Source: a virus. Taken from it: a stretch of DNA of 64,000 nt. Under the pieces are notes generated by a model. That model did no database searches, was not told the origin of the DNA, and saw only the letters and a list, made by a program, of their open reading frames with translations. The stretch spans positions 64,001-128,000 of the IMG/VR virus record IMGVR_UViG_3300025015_000010; one strand, 5' to 3'. This document shows, one piece after another, positions 49,260 to 58,032 of this stretch (position 1 is its first letter; each line of letters opens with the position of its first letter). Position numbers and translations under genes: made by a program.

Positions 49260-49288
49260 ACTATACACGGTTGATGTTTGAATGTCAA
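49260..49288 (-). promoter_or_regulatory. Sigma70 promoter
   Basis: TTGACA-17 bp-TATAGT, with TG extension. Confidence 0.75.
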
Positions 49289-50009
49289 GAAGAAATTTTG
49301 TTTTGAGATGGTTCGCACGTCCCTTTATGGTGTTCGTCCGTATACTCTGGTTTGAATTCCGCTGGTCTTGCCGCTCAACTACGGCTATGAGGTTGTCCAG
49401 CGGCTGCACCCCTGCTTGACAATGGATGACACCAGAAAAACACCCTAGTCGCTCCCTTCAGTTTTTAATTTCTCTAAACACATGTAAAGATTTCTGTGCA
49501 TTTTATCTGTGCGAGGAAAAGATCCATGAAACGAGTTTTCACCAAGCAGCGCAGCCCATGAAATTAGGGTTGGCCCTATGCTCAGTGTTACGAGTTTACG
49601 GCTGTGGATACAGTATTCTACGAGGATTTCGCCGTCCGTTTCGTCTACTGTTATGTCAGGATCTGGAAGTCCTGTAGGTACTGCATCAAGGATTTGTTTT
49701 ATGTCTTCCATGTTATTTCCGTTTTTCAAGCTTTTAACCGTGCGTTCGCTATCTTAACGTATGTGATATCATTCTCCCTGGATTTAATCCCTAAACAGTT
49801 TACGCCATCTAAGTTTAAATGTCAACTACTTTCCTTGATTCCTTGGACTAGTCCAGAGGCGCCTTTGAGTTTGAACCAATCTGGTTCTGATTAATAGGAT
49901 GTCTTCACCAGATAGATTGCCGCGTTCACGGTCAACAATATCTAAAAGTCTTGAAATCTCAGGATAGATTGATTCTCGCAGTACAGTGTTCATGATTATC
50001 CTCTCATAA

Positions 50010-50242
50010 TTGGGTCGGCTGGTTGAGGTTATTTTCAACGGGCCTCCACCAAGTTTCCAGCCGACCCAAGTTAAAATATCTGTCCCTACACGCCAAATTC
50101 GGAGCCGGAAGATTAGATTTCCTAGCTCAGCCTCGGGGACATATCCCCTTACAGGTTGGCCCGCCCGCTGAAAGGCCCTGACGAGCCCAGCGTCTCCCTA
50201 GGTTTCGGTGTCCGGCAACCTAACCTCCCCTCGGGACAGATA
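50010..50242 (-). ncRNA. Two candidate structured RNAs (50077-50242 and 50010-50069)
   Basis: 10-bp and 13-bp perfect closing stems. An internal 13-bp helix needs G-U pairs that exist only on the minus strand. Confidence 0.6.
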
Positions 50243-50249
50243 ATTTGTT

Positions 50250-50507
50250 TTAACCCAGTTTCCTTTCTAATTCACGAATTTTGCACTCGAAGTCCATGCG
50301 AATTCTCTCGGATTCTACGTGTGTTAACCTAGTCCCAGCAATAATTAACAAAGTTTGAATTTGATGAATATCTAGCTTTGTCTCGTATGTACTTATGCTA
50401 AGCCGACCTAGGAGTAATACAGATTGTACAAAATTTTCATAGGAAATTTGGTTTGATAGCGTCTGTGCTTCGTGCAGCAAATCCTCATATGATGCTATTC
50501 GATTCAT
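50250..50507 (-). CDS. Hypothetical protein, leaderless
   Basis: TTGACT-17-TAGACT, with the ATG 6 nt downstream. Confidence 0.6.
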   Translation of the reverse strand: MNRIASYEDLLHEAQTLSNQISYENFVQSVLLLGRLSISTYETKLDIHQIQTLLIIAGTRLTHVESERIRMDFECKIRELERKLG

Positions 50508-50617
50508 GTGAGCAGTCTACCATGTCTCAAGACTGAAGTCAAGAGTTATTTACTAAAAATTTATGTTGACTGTAATCTATATTATGGTATAATCCTAGTA
50601 ACTCAAGGAGAAAAGTC

Positions 50618-51763
50618 ATGTCTAAAGAACTGATTACGCAGCTAGAAAGTCGGGTAGCTAGGGGGCTGATTAGTCGTAGAGATCGTGGACCGTTATCGAT
50701 CTACAATTACACAGACACTTGTACATTTGATCGCGCCTGGGACGAGTACACGATGGCTGCTCGTGGCCTGATTGTTAACCAGGTAACTAAAAAGGTAGTG
50801 GCCAGGGGATTTAGTAAGTTTTTCAATTATGGTGAGAATCCCGATATCGATTATACAAATTTTGGTCAATTTGAAGTCACTGAGAAGCTTGACGGCAGTC
50901 TTGGCATTATGTATTGGGACGAGTTAACCCAAATGTACCGGATTGCCACACGAGGCAGCTTCGAGAGTGATCAAGCCACCTGGGCAACGAATTGGTTGCA
51001 CAAGGAATTTTCTAACAGAGTAGGCATTATTAATGGCTTTGGTCAAGATCGAGGAATCACCCTAGTATTTGAGATCATTTATCCCGATAACCGTATTATC
51101 GTGGACTATCACGGTATTGAGGGGCTATTTTTGATCGGTGTGATTGAAAATTCGACGGGACATTCCTTTGGCTATAATCGAGTAGTCAATTGGGGCGAAG
51201 ATCACGGTTTTCAGGTAGTTAAATCGGTTCAAGTGACCAGTGTTCAAGAGCTTTTGGACTTAGCTTCTAAGCCTACAGGCAGGCCGACTGACGAGGAGGG
51301 TTGGGTGGTATTTTGGCCAAAAGCCCAATTGCGTGTTAAGATAAAGCGCGACGACTACATGCAACTGGCCAGGATTCTATCTAGGATGTCAGCCAGAGCA
51401 GTATTTGAGGCGGTTAGGGACGGTACTTTTGAGAATATGATCAAGGATCTGCCCCCAGAGTTGGCTAATGTACCGAGATTGTTAGAAGACGAAGTCAGCG
51501 CGGCATTTGCAACTGTGCATGACAACGCTGTAGACGCCCAGGATATTTTGTATGATCAGACAAAGAATAAACCTGAAATGTCCAGAAAGGACAAAGCACT
51601 GTTGATCCAAAGTGATTTACGGATTAAATGGTGCGCTTCGTACTTGTTTTCTATGCTGGATGGACAGGTTAATAATAAATGGCTGTGGAGTCAAGTTGAA
51701 GACAGGCTCAAAAAGATGGGCTATTTTATCCGCAGATTGCCTACCGAAGAGATTACGCCGTGA
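50618..51763 (+). CDS. T4 Rnl1-like RNA ligase
   Basis: ARGLI, KFFN, EKLDGSL, ATRGSF, FEII, EEGWV, VKIK. Sigma70 promoter at ~50566-50594. Confidence 0.92.
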   Translation: MSKELITQLESRVARGLISRRDRGPLSIYNYTDTCTFDRAWDEYTMAARGLIVNQVTKKVVARGFSKFFNYGENPDIDYTNFGQFEVTEKLDGSLGIMYWDELTQMYRIATRGSFESDQATWATNWLHKEFSNRVGIINGFGQDRGITLVFEIIYPDNRIIVDYHGIEGLFLIGVIENSTGHSFGYNRVVNWGEDHGFQVVKSVQVTSVQELLDLASKPTGRPTDEEGWVVFWPKAQLRVKIKRDDYMQLARILSRMSARAVFEAVRDGTFENMIKDLPPELANVPRLLEDEVSAAFATVHDNAVDAQDILYDQTKNKPEMSRKDKALLIQSDLRIKWCASYLFSMLDGQVNNKWLWSQVEDRLKKMGYFIRRLPTEEITP

Positions 51764-51921
51764 TTCGTCCAGGTAGCAAAGTAAAATACTTGCTAATTTC
51801 AGGTGAGCGCGGAGAAGGTACGGTTATCAAGCACCAATACGGTAGTACGTGGTTTGTCACTAAGGAAAATGGCCAGACTGTTAGTATGCCAACTACGGCT
51901 TTTGAGGAGATTACGCCGTGA
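51760..51921 (+). CDS. 53-aa ORF flanked by 15-bp direct repeats
   Basis: GTG start overlaps the ligase stop. Both proteins end in EEITP. Confidence 0.6.
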   Translation: MIRPGSKVKYLLISGERGEGTVIKHQYGSTWFVTKENGQTVSMPTTAFEEITP

Positions 51922-52252
51922 AATACCAGATATGGAAACGTTGGGAGTATGATCATGCAGATGATCCAACAGCTTGGAAGTTAGCTGATGACTATCAGTA
52001 TTATACTTTAGAGCAAGCCAATGCAGAGGCACGTAATCTTAGACGTAGGTTGACTGGTCGTATAGTTGAAGTCAAGGAGCAGACTATGTCTAACGACCGT
52101 TTCATCGAAGCCTATGCACAACTACGCAGAAATCTTCGAGATTTGATGTTTAAAAATGGAGTTCAATCTAATCCAGGATTCGGAGACGATGAGATTGTTG
52201 CCTGTATGGCCGAAATTATTCGAAAAGCGGGTAATCACAAGAAAGGAAAGTC

Positions 52253-52639
52253 ATGAGATTTCTGTGCAGATATGCTATGCCAGGCTCGCCCAAGACCGAA
52301 TGGGCAACTGTAAATTCAGACACAAAAGAATCAGCCGTGATGGATTTTCACCATGTATGTGATCGGGGCATGGTATATACTCACTACCTAAACGCTGAGA
52401 AGACTCGAAAAGAAAATATCACATTCGCCTGCGTAGCAGTGAAAGCAGAATTAGACCTAGGCGACGGTGAAGAGTTTATAGCCAGAAATTATTTTTCTAA
52501 GATATGGCGTAGCGGAGGCGTGAAGCGCCCAGAGCACGATGTTACTTTAGCAGAGATCACCGAGAAACTAGGCTACACGTTTGAGCCAGAAACACTCTTA
52601 GAGAAGGGCTGGGACGAAGAATCCGAATCTTGGGACTAA
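52253..52639 (+). CDS. Hypothetical protein
   Basis: RBS, coupled ORF. Confidence 0.6.
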   Translation: MRFLCRYAMPGSPKTEWATVNSDTKESAVMDFHHVCDRGMVYTHYLNAEKTRKENITFACVAVKAELDLGDGEEFIARNYFSKIWRSGGVKRPEHDVTLAEITEKLGYTFEPETLLEKGWDEESESWD

Positions 52640-52679
52640 AAGTTCTTGACTCCATAATAATTTATGGTATATTACTCAT

Positions 52680-53930
52680 ATGACGACTAAGCTATATAAA
52701 GTTGGTGGAGCCGTACGGGATACGCTTCTCGGTAGAACGCCCAAGGACATCGACTATGTTCTTGTGGGCGCTACCTATGAGCAAGCCCAAGCTATGTATG
52801 GTGATCCCGTAGGAGCCACTTTCCCGGTATTTTTCGATGCCAATGGCAATGAAGTCGCTCTTGCTCGCAAGGAAACTAAGACCGGTGCAGGCCATACAGG
52901 ATTTGTCTGCGACTTCGGGCCAGACGTAACGATTGAGCAAGATTTAGCTCGCCGTGACTTTACAATTAATGCTATTGCTATGGATTCGGACGGAAAGTAC
53001 ACCGACCCATTTGGCGGTATCAATGATCTGAAGGCTAAGGTGCTTCGTGCTGTGGGTCCAGCGTTCGCCGAAGATCCACTCCGTGTTTACAGGCTCGCTA
53101 GGTTTGCAGCTACGCTGGAATTTAGTATGGTTTACGAGACGGCAGAAATGGCTAAATCCCTGGTTCAAGAAATCAGTTCACTGTCTGGCGAACGAGTTGC
53201 AGCCGAGATGCTCAAGACGTTTTTCAAGTCTGGTATCAAGCCGTCCGTATTTTTCAGAACGCTGCTTGATCTTGGAGTTCTGCACGTGCATTTTCCCGAG
53301 GTTCAGGCCCTTGTAGATGTTCCGGCCGGGCCAAAGGTTCATCACCAAGAAGGTAGCGCGTTTGAGCACACAATGCTGGTTCTGGATGAGATTCAGTGCA
53401 GCGATCCAGTATCCAGGTTCGGCGCTTTGGTGCATGATCTGGGTAAGGGAGTGACACCTAAGAGCGAACTTCCTAAGCACTACGGCCATGATTCCAGGGT
53501 TGAACTGGTTGACGCCCTGTGTGACCGGCTGAAGCTGCCTGCTGAGTATCTGCACTTTGGTCGTTTGGCCATGAGTCAGCACATGCGGGCACATGAAGTC
53601 AAGAAAATGTCCACGAAGAAGCTTGTGCAGTTTGTTCATCAGGTTTCTAAGCCTACCACGGACATGTACAGGCTGATTGAAATCGTGGAAGCTGATGGCC
53701 GTGGACGTCGGCCTAGTAGTGAGGATAAGACAACTGGCGAGCATATCCTGAAGGTGTACGCAGCCATCAAGAGCGTGAAGCCAGTGGAAGTTATTCAGGC
53801 TGCTGAGAAGTCCAGAGCAGAACGCGCTGTCAGGACCGGAATCAAGCCTGAAAAGCTTCTTGGTAAGCATATTGGTGAACTTATTTACATAGCGGAAATT
53901 CAGGCTGTCAATAAAGTACTGGAGGTTTGA
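52680..53930 (+). CDS. cca: CCA-adding tRNA nucleotidyltransferase with HD domain
   Basis: VGGAVRD, DIDY, DLARRDFTINA, EDPLRV.R.ARF, HDLGKG. Leaderless sigma70 promoter. Confidence 0.93.
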   Translation: MTTKLYKVGGAVRDTLLGRTPKDIDYVLVGATYEQAQAMYGDPVGATFPVFFDANGNEVALARKETKTGAGHTGFVCDFGPDVTIEQDLARRDFTINAIAMDSDGKYTDPFGGINDLKAKVLRAVGPAFAEDPLRVYRLARFAATLEFSMVYETAEMAKSLVQEISSLSGERVAAEMLKTFFKSGIKPSVFFRTLLDLGVLHVHFPEVQALVDVPAGPKVHHQEGSAFEHTMLVLDEIQCSDPVSRFGALVHDLGKGVTPKSELPKHYGHDSRVELVDALCDRLKLPAEYLHFGRLAMSQHMRAHEVKKMSTKKLVQFVHQVSKPTTDMYRLIEIVEADGRGRRPSSEDKTTGEHILKVYAAIKSVKPVEVIQAAEKSRAERAVRTGIKPEKLLGKHIGELIYIAEIQAVNKVLEV

Positions 53931-53931
53931 C

Positions 53932-55792
53932 ATGGTCGAGTTCGCGCTCCTTGGAGACGAAGATAAGATTCGAGTTGCAGGTTTAGCCACAAGTTGGTAT
54001 AGAGAGCATATACACCATGTTGTCAAATTAGTCAGAAAACAATCTGTAGCTTATTCACCTTCAGGGTCAGACCTGTTTCGTCCCGAATTGTGGAAAGCCG
54101 CACATTGGAAGTGGTTTACGGATGTTTATATTCTTAAGGCTGTTAAAGAGATAAAATGACTACTAGCGAGATTGTTCGGAGGCTGGAACTAATTACGCGG
54201 ATCACGTTAGAACTAAGGAATCGTGGTTCTTGGTTATGCAAAGCTGTTGATATCAAGTCAACACACAAAGGAAATATCTATTCACCCCACAGCGTAGAGG
54301 CTTTTGGTTCTACACCAGAGTATGCAGTTAGCGCATTGTGGGATCTTATCATGGACCGGCAGGCGGATGCCTATGTTGTACAGAAGCAGACCGATTCTGG
54401 CGTGAGCACTAACTACACATGGGAAGTGAAGGTGGGGCTGTGGCGTAATTGGGGAGATGGCTTTCCAGTATACAGTCCGGCAGAAATTCTTACTCAGGAG
54501 TAAAATTATGACGACCGTACACGAAATTAGCGTTTCAAATGTTTGTACCGCGTTCGACAAGATGCCTATCGGCACCGGAGTAATGCATCGCAATAATTTT
54601 TTGACCGCGCTGCTAGCCAGGATCGAGCAAACCGACTTTGGTACTTTGGGGCAGGTTTACATTGATCTTCCAGAGGCTCTGCTTTGTGTTTCCGGAGGTC
54701 TGGCTAGGCGAGAAGGTGTACGACACGTTAATGTCCGAGCACATCGTGGCCAGTTCGGCGTTTATGCTCCTAGGGTTCTGGCTGAGCCACCCGAAAAGCT
54801 GGGTGTTGTTGTGTACACCATCAAAGCTTATCTGGCTGATCCCGAAGTTGACGAGGAAGAGGCTAGGAGTCTGATTTGGAGCCAAGCCAAATATGTCATC
54901 GTAGCGGTACTCTCGGCCCCAAAAGGTGTTGGTGGAGATGGAGTGATGGGTACTTATCGGTTTACGTCTAACCTGGCAGGTGGGAATAATAAGTACAAGC
55001 CAGAAAATGGTTATACTCTTGACAAAGCAATTTCAGATGCTAAACTGTGTCTTGAATATGAGAATACTTGGATTACGGTTGCTGATTAGGGGCATAATGT
55101 GAAAATCATCGTTACAAAGCGTTTAAATGACTATCACGCATGCCTAGAGTCTAATACAGGCGTCTGGGGATGTGGTAAGAATCCTACGGAGGCTGTTGGT
55201 AGTTTCATTATTACACTGGCCAGTTTTAAGCCACACGAAGTCGAAGTCGTCAGAAAGGACGGTGCATAGTGAGTTTCAACCTAGATGATTTTCGTGAGAA
55301 GGTAGCTAGGCTAAATACTATCTTGCAAGACAGGGACGGTGAAGGGACTTTTGTTTATGCCGAGGCCATCCATAGACTAATGGACGAAGTACATGATGCG
55401 TGGTACGGTCCAGATGGTAAAATGAAGCCGGGAGCGAAGCTATGATTACATTGACTACAGAAAATTGGCGGCAAGAAATCGATCAAGCTAAACTGCCAAA
55501 TATTTTGAAAAGCATCGTTGGTGACTATTTAAACGATAGTATTCCGCCAGAAGCTTATGATTGGGACATTATGGTTGTCCAGCAGAAGACACAAGGTGAA
55601 TTAGAGATTGATCGAGTTCCATATAATATTGTAGTGTTCGTTCCTGATAATTCTGAGACTCACCGCAGATTCTTTACTCTGGTGAAGAAGTATCCAGGCG
55701 GAAAATTGACGAGCCTTGGTGATGCCATGAGTCAGTTAAATCTTGAGTACTTGGAAGGAGTGTTTTCGGGGATTAAGTTGGATGTTAATTAG
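53932..55792 (+). other. Run of hypothetical ORFs (53932-54159, 54156-54503, 54508-55089, 55442-55792)
   Basis: RBSs and coupling. Confidence 0.6.
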
Positions 55793-56066
55793 TCTAATTC
55801 TGGCAGCGGAGCACTAGGGTCGATTCTGAATACATGTTCTATGCAGATCCAGTCAAAGTAGTAGAATGTTTCGCCGCCCACGGTCGATTTGTGGAAACTG
55901 ACACCGTAGTACTTGGATGGAATTAATTCTAGCAGTTCTTGCTCAATGTAGACATGCCTCATAAAGGTAGCTCTGCTGATCACTCTTGAGTTTGCGACAA
56001 TAGCAATGAGTGCATCTACTTCATCTTCAGGCCACTGGACACAGGCACTGTAAAAATAGTAGTTTT

Positions 56067-56360
56067 TCATTTAGACCTTTCAATGTGTTTCATCCAGGCA
56101 CGCCCCTCTTGGGTAGCATAGTTACCGAGCATAGCCCAGGTCTCGAAGCCTTGGCTGTCTAGTAAATGTTCCAGCAAGGCAGTGGCAATGCCTTGTCTTT
56201 GATGATCAGGTTCTACTTCAACATGCCGAATGTAGGCTGTGCTGTCGTGAGGCATTGAGGTCCATGATATCTTGCCAACGATTTTTTGTTTGATAATTGC
56301 ATAATCTGTCCCTTGATATTCTTGCCCTAGAGCGTCGCCAGTATGTTCGAATCTAAGCAT
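56067..56360 (-). CDS. GNAT acetyltransferase
   Basis: VEVEPDHQRQGIATALL, TQEG. Confidence 0.85.
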   Translation of the reverse strand: MLRFEHTGDALGQEYQGTDYAIIKQKIVGKISWTSMPHDSTAYIRHVEVEPDHQRQGIATALLEHLLDSQGFETWAMLGNYATQEGRAWMKHIERSK

Positions 56361-56955
56361 TTTTGCACTCCATGTAAAATCTATTATTCCGCGTTTCTAC
56401 CTTTACGCCGTAGGTATTCTTCAAGGAATTCCATACCCGCCGTGCTCCTGTGGTAACGTGGCTATCAGAATAAAGCGGAAACATTTCGCAAGCAATAGTT
56501 TTATACAGACTAGTCATTAGACCACGACCGCGCCATCCATGCTGGATAGCCGATGCACTAACGTACCAACCGACTTGAGTATGTTTCCATTGAGTACCTG
56601 AAAATGCCCCTTCAGTAAGTGGGAATAAGTCAACACCACCAATGGCCTGTAGGTCCGGCTGGTGATCTTCCATCCACTGTTCCCGCTCGTGGTGGTGAAG
56701 TAACTCTGGCGGTACAGTAGACATCCAAATAAAGAAATCCTCCTCGGTAGTTCCAGGAAGTAGTATTCTAAAGGTATAACTTTGGTAGTGATTGTCAGTC
56801 TTGGTTACGGCCACAAGATATTGTCGAGATTCGTGATCCACAACGGTTAAAAATTGGTTATGCGTCTCTGTTTCGGCTATGTTAAGTCTAAATGACTCAA
56901 GGACATGCTTAGTCCATGACGGATCAAATCTATGATTTTTTGGGCCTGGTGGCAT
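56353..56955 (-). CDS. GNAT-like protein
   Basis: WRGRGLMTSLY, TTGARRVWNSL. Confidence 0.75.
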   Translation of the reverse strand: MPPGPKNHRFDPSWTKHVLESFRLNIAETETHNQFLTVVDHESRQYLVAVTKTDNHYQSYTFRILLPGTTEEDFFIWMSTVPPELLHHHEREQWMEDHQPDLQAIGGVDLFPLTEGAFSGTQWKHTQVGWYVSASAIQHGWRGRGLMTSLYKTIACEMFPLYSDSHVTTGARRVWNSLKNTYGVKVETRNNRFYMECKNA

Positions 56956-56984
56956 AAGATTACCTTTAAGTAGAACACTACCTA

Positions 56985-57014
56985 AAGTCTACCACTTTTC
57001 CTAGGTGCTTGTCC
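56985..57014 (-). promoter_or_regulatory. Class-2 promoter
   Basis: GGACAA-17 bp (ending AAGTGG)-TAGACTT. Confidence 0.6.
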
Positions 57015-57525
57015 TTCTACGGTGTTCTTTTGCCCGGCAGTTCCAGACAGGGAGCGGATGTTCAGTGTGTATAGGGCATGAGTCATCATGTACGCCGTAC
57101 TCGCCGTCAGGGTCGCCTAAGCAGGCACAAGTAATCGGGCAGATGCAGTGAATCGTGCTTTCGGCTATGATTGTGATATTAAATTCAGGTAAGTGTTTGT
57201 CGGCTATCTGCCTAGCAGTCCTTTTGGCCCCGCGCATGTAGTCAGGCTTGACATTTTTGAGTAGAATTGCAGTGCTTAGAAAAGTATAGTCGTCTAGGGT
57301 GCTGACTAAGATGTTCTTGTCACTTAGAGCCGTTTCTATGGCAGCTACGGCGTTGCCTACCCTTAAGGATAGTTCCCTGTAATCTGGGTTTTCAGGACGT
57401 CCTAGGGCTACTCTGGCCTGTTTACCGTGGTCTTGAATGATCTTGGCCATTCCGTCATGATAGGTGACCGGATTAGCATAGAACTCAAGCGCCGAAATTA
57501 ACTTATTGATATCCATAAGATTTCC

Positions 57526-58032
57526 TCACCACAAATTAGGGCCTATTCTGCTGGGTAATTTCAGTAAATCATCCTGCCAGTACAAATTATACACAGGTAT
57601 ATTCAGGTCTTCAGCAAGCCTTAATGCCCGCCCTGTGCCACCCGAGGCATGTCCGTCTTTAGTCCAACAGACTACGAAATCTACAGGGGATTTCAAATCG
57701 CGGCCAAGTATTTGGTAGCAATTTCTGGCCATTAGCTTTTTACCGGCTTGGGATAATTTATCCCAAGCCGGATGATATTTTTCAGCCAGCGCAAAAGCTT
57801 CTGCTGTTAGAGTATATAAATTTGAGTTATTTCTATTGAAGCTACGCCAAGGCAGGTAGATTTCTTTTTTGATAGCATGGCGTTCAAAGAAGGTGTCTGC
57901 ACCATCAGCCCCGCCAGACCGTAAGGTATATCCTTGAGAGTTAAGTTCAGTGACTATTTGGCTGATACTGGGCTCTAAGGTTATAGGAGTTTCTCTGGAG
58001 CCTATACCCGCGTAGAATTTAGCTATTCCCAC
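57526..58032 (-). CDS. SLOG/DprA-like Rossmann protein
   Basis: YAGIGSRETP, LRSGGADGAD, ARN, SGGTG. Confidence 0.85.
   Translation of the reverse strand: MGIAKFYAGIGSRETPITLEPSISQIVTELNSQGYTLRSGGADGADTFFERHAIKKEIYLPWRSFNRNNSNLYTLTAEAFALAEKYHPAWDKLSQAGKKLMARNCYQILGRDLKSPVDFVVCWTKDGHASGGTGRALRLAEDLNIPVYNLYWQDDLLKLPSRIGPNLW

Noticed and set aside
48678-49409. Short ORFs 48678..48860, 48794..49024 and 49215..49409
   Set aside because: No RBS, and they run across perfect hairpins and a promoter. More likely non-coding.
50168-50190. CTGACGAG and GAAA suggesting a hammerhead ribozyme
   Set aside because: Order and spacing do not fit the hammerhead core, and G-U pairing favours the opposite strand.
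50180-50215. GAAACC-GAGA loop-GGG on the minus strand, like a c-di-GMP-I riboswitch
   Set aside because: The conserved GGCAAA and GACGCAAAGC segments are missing.
53178-54026. 282-aa minus-strand ORF
   Set aside because: Antisense shadow of the cca gene.
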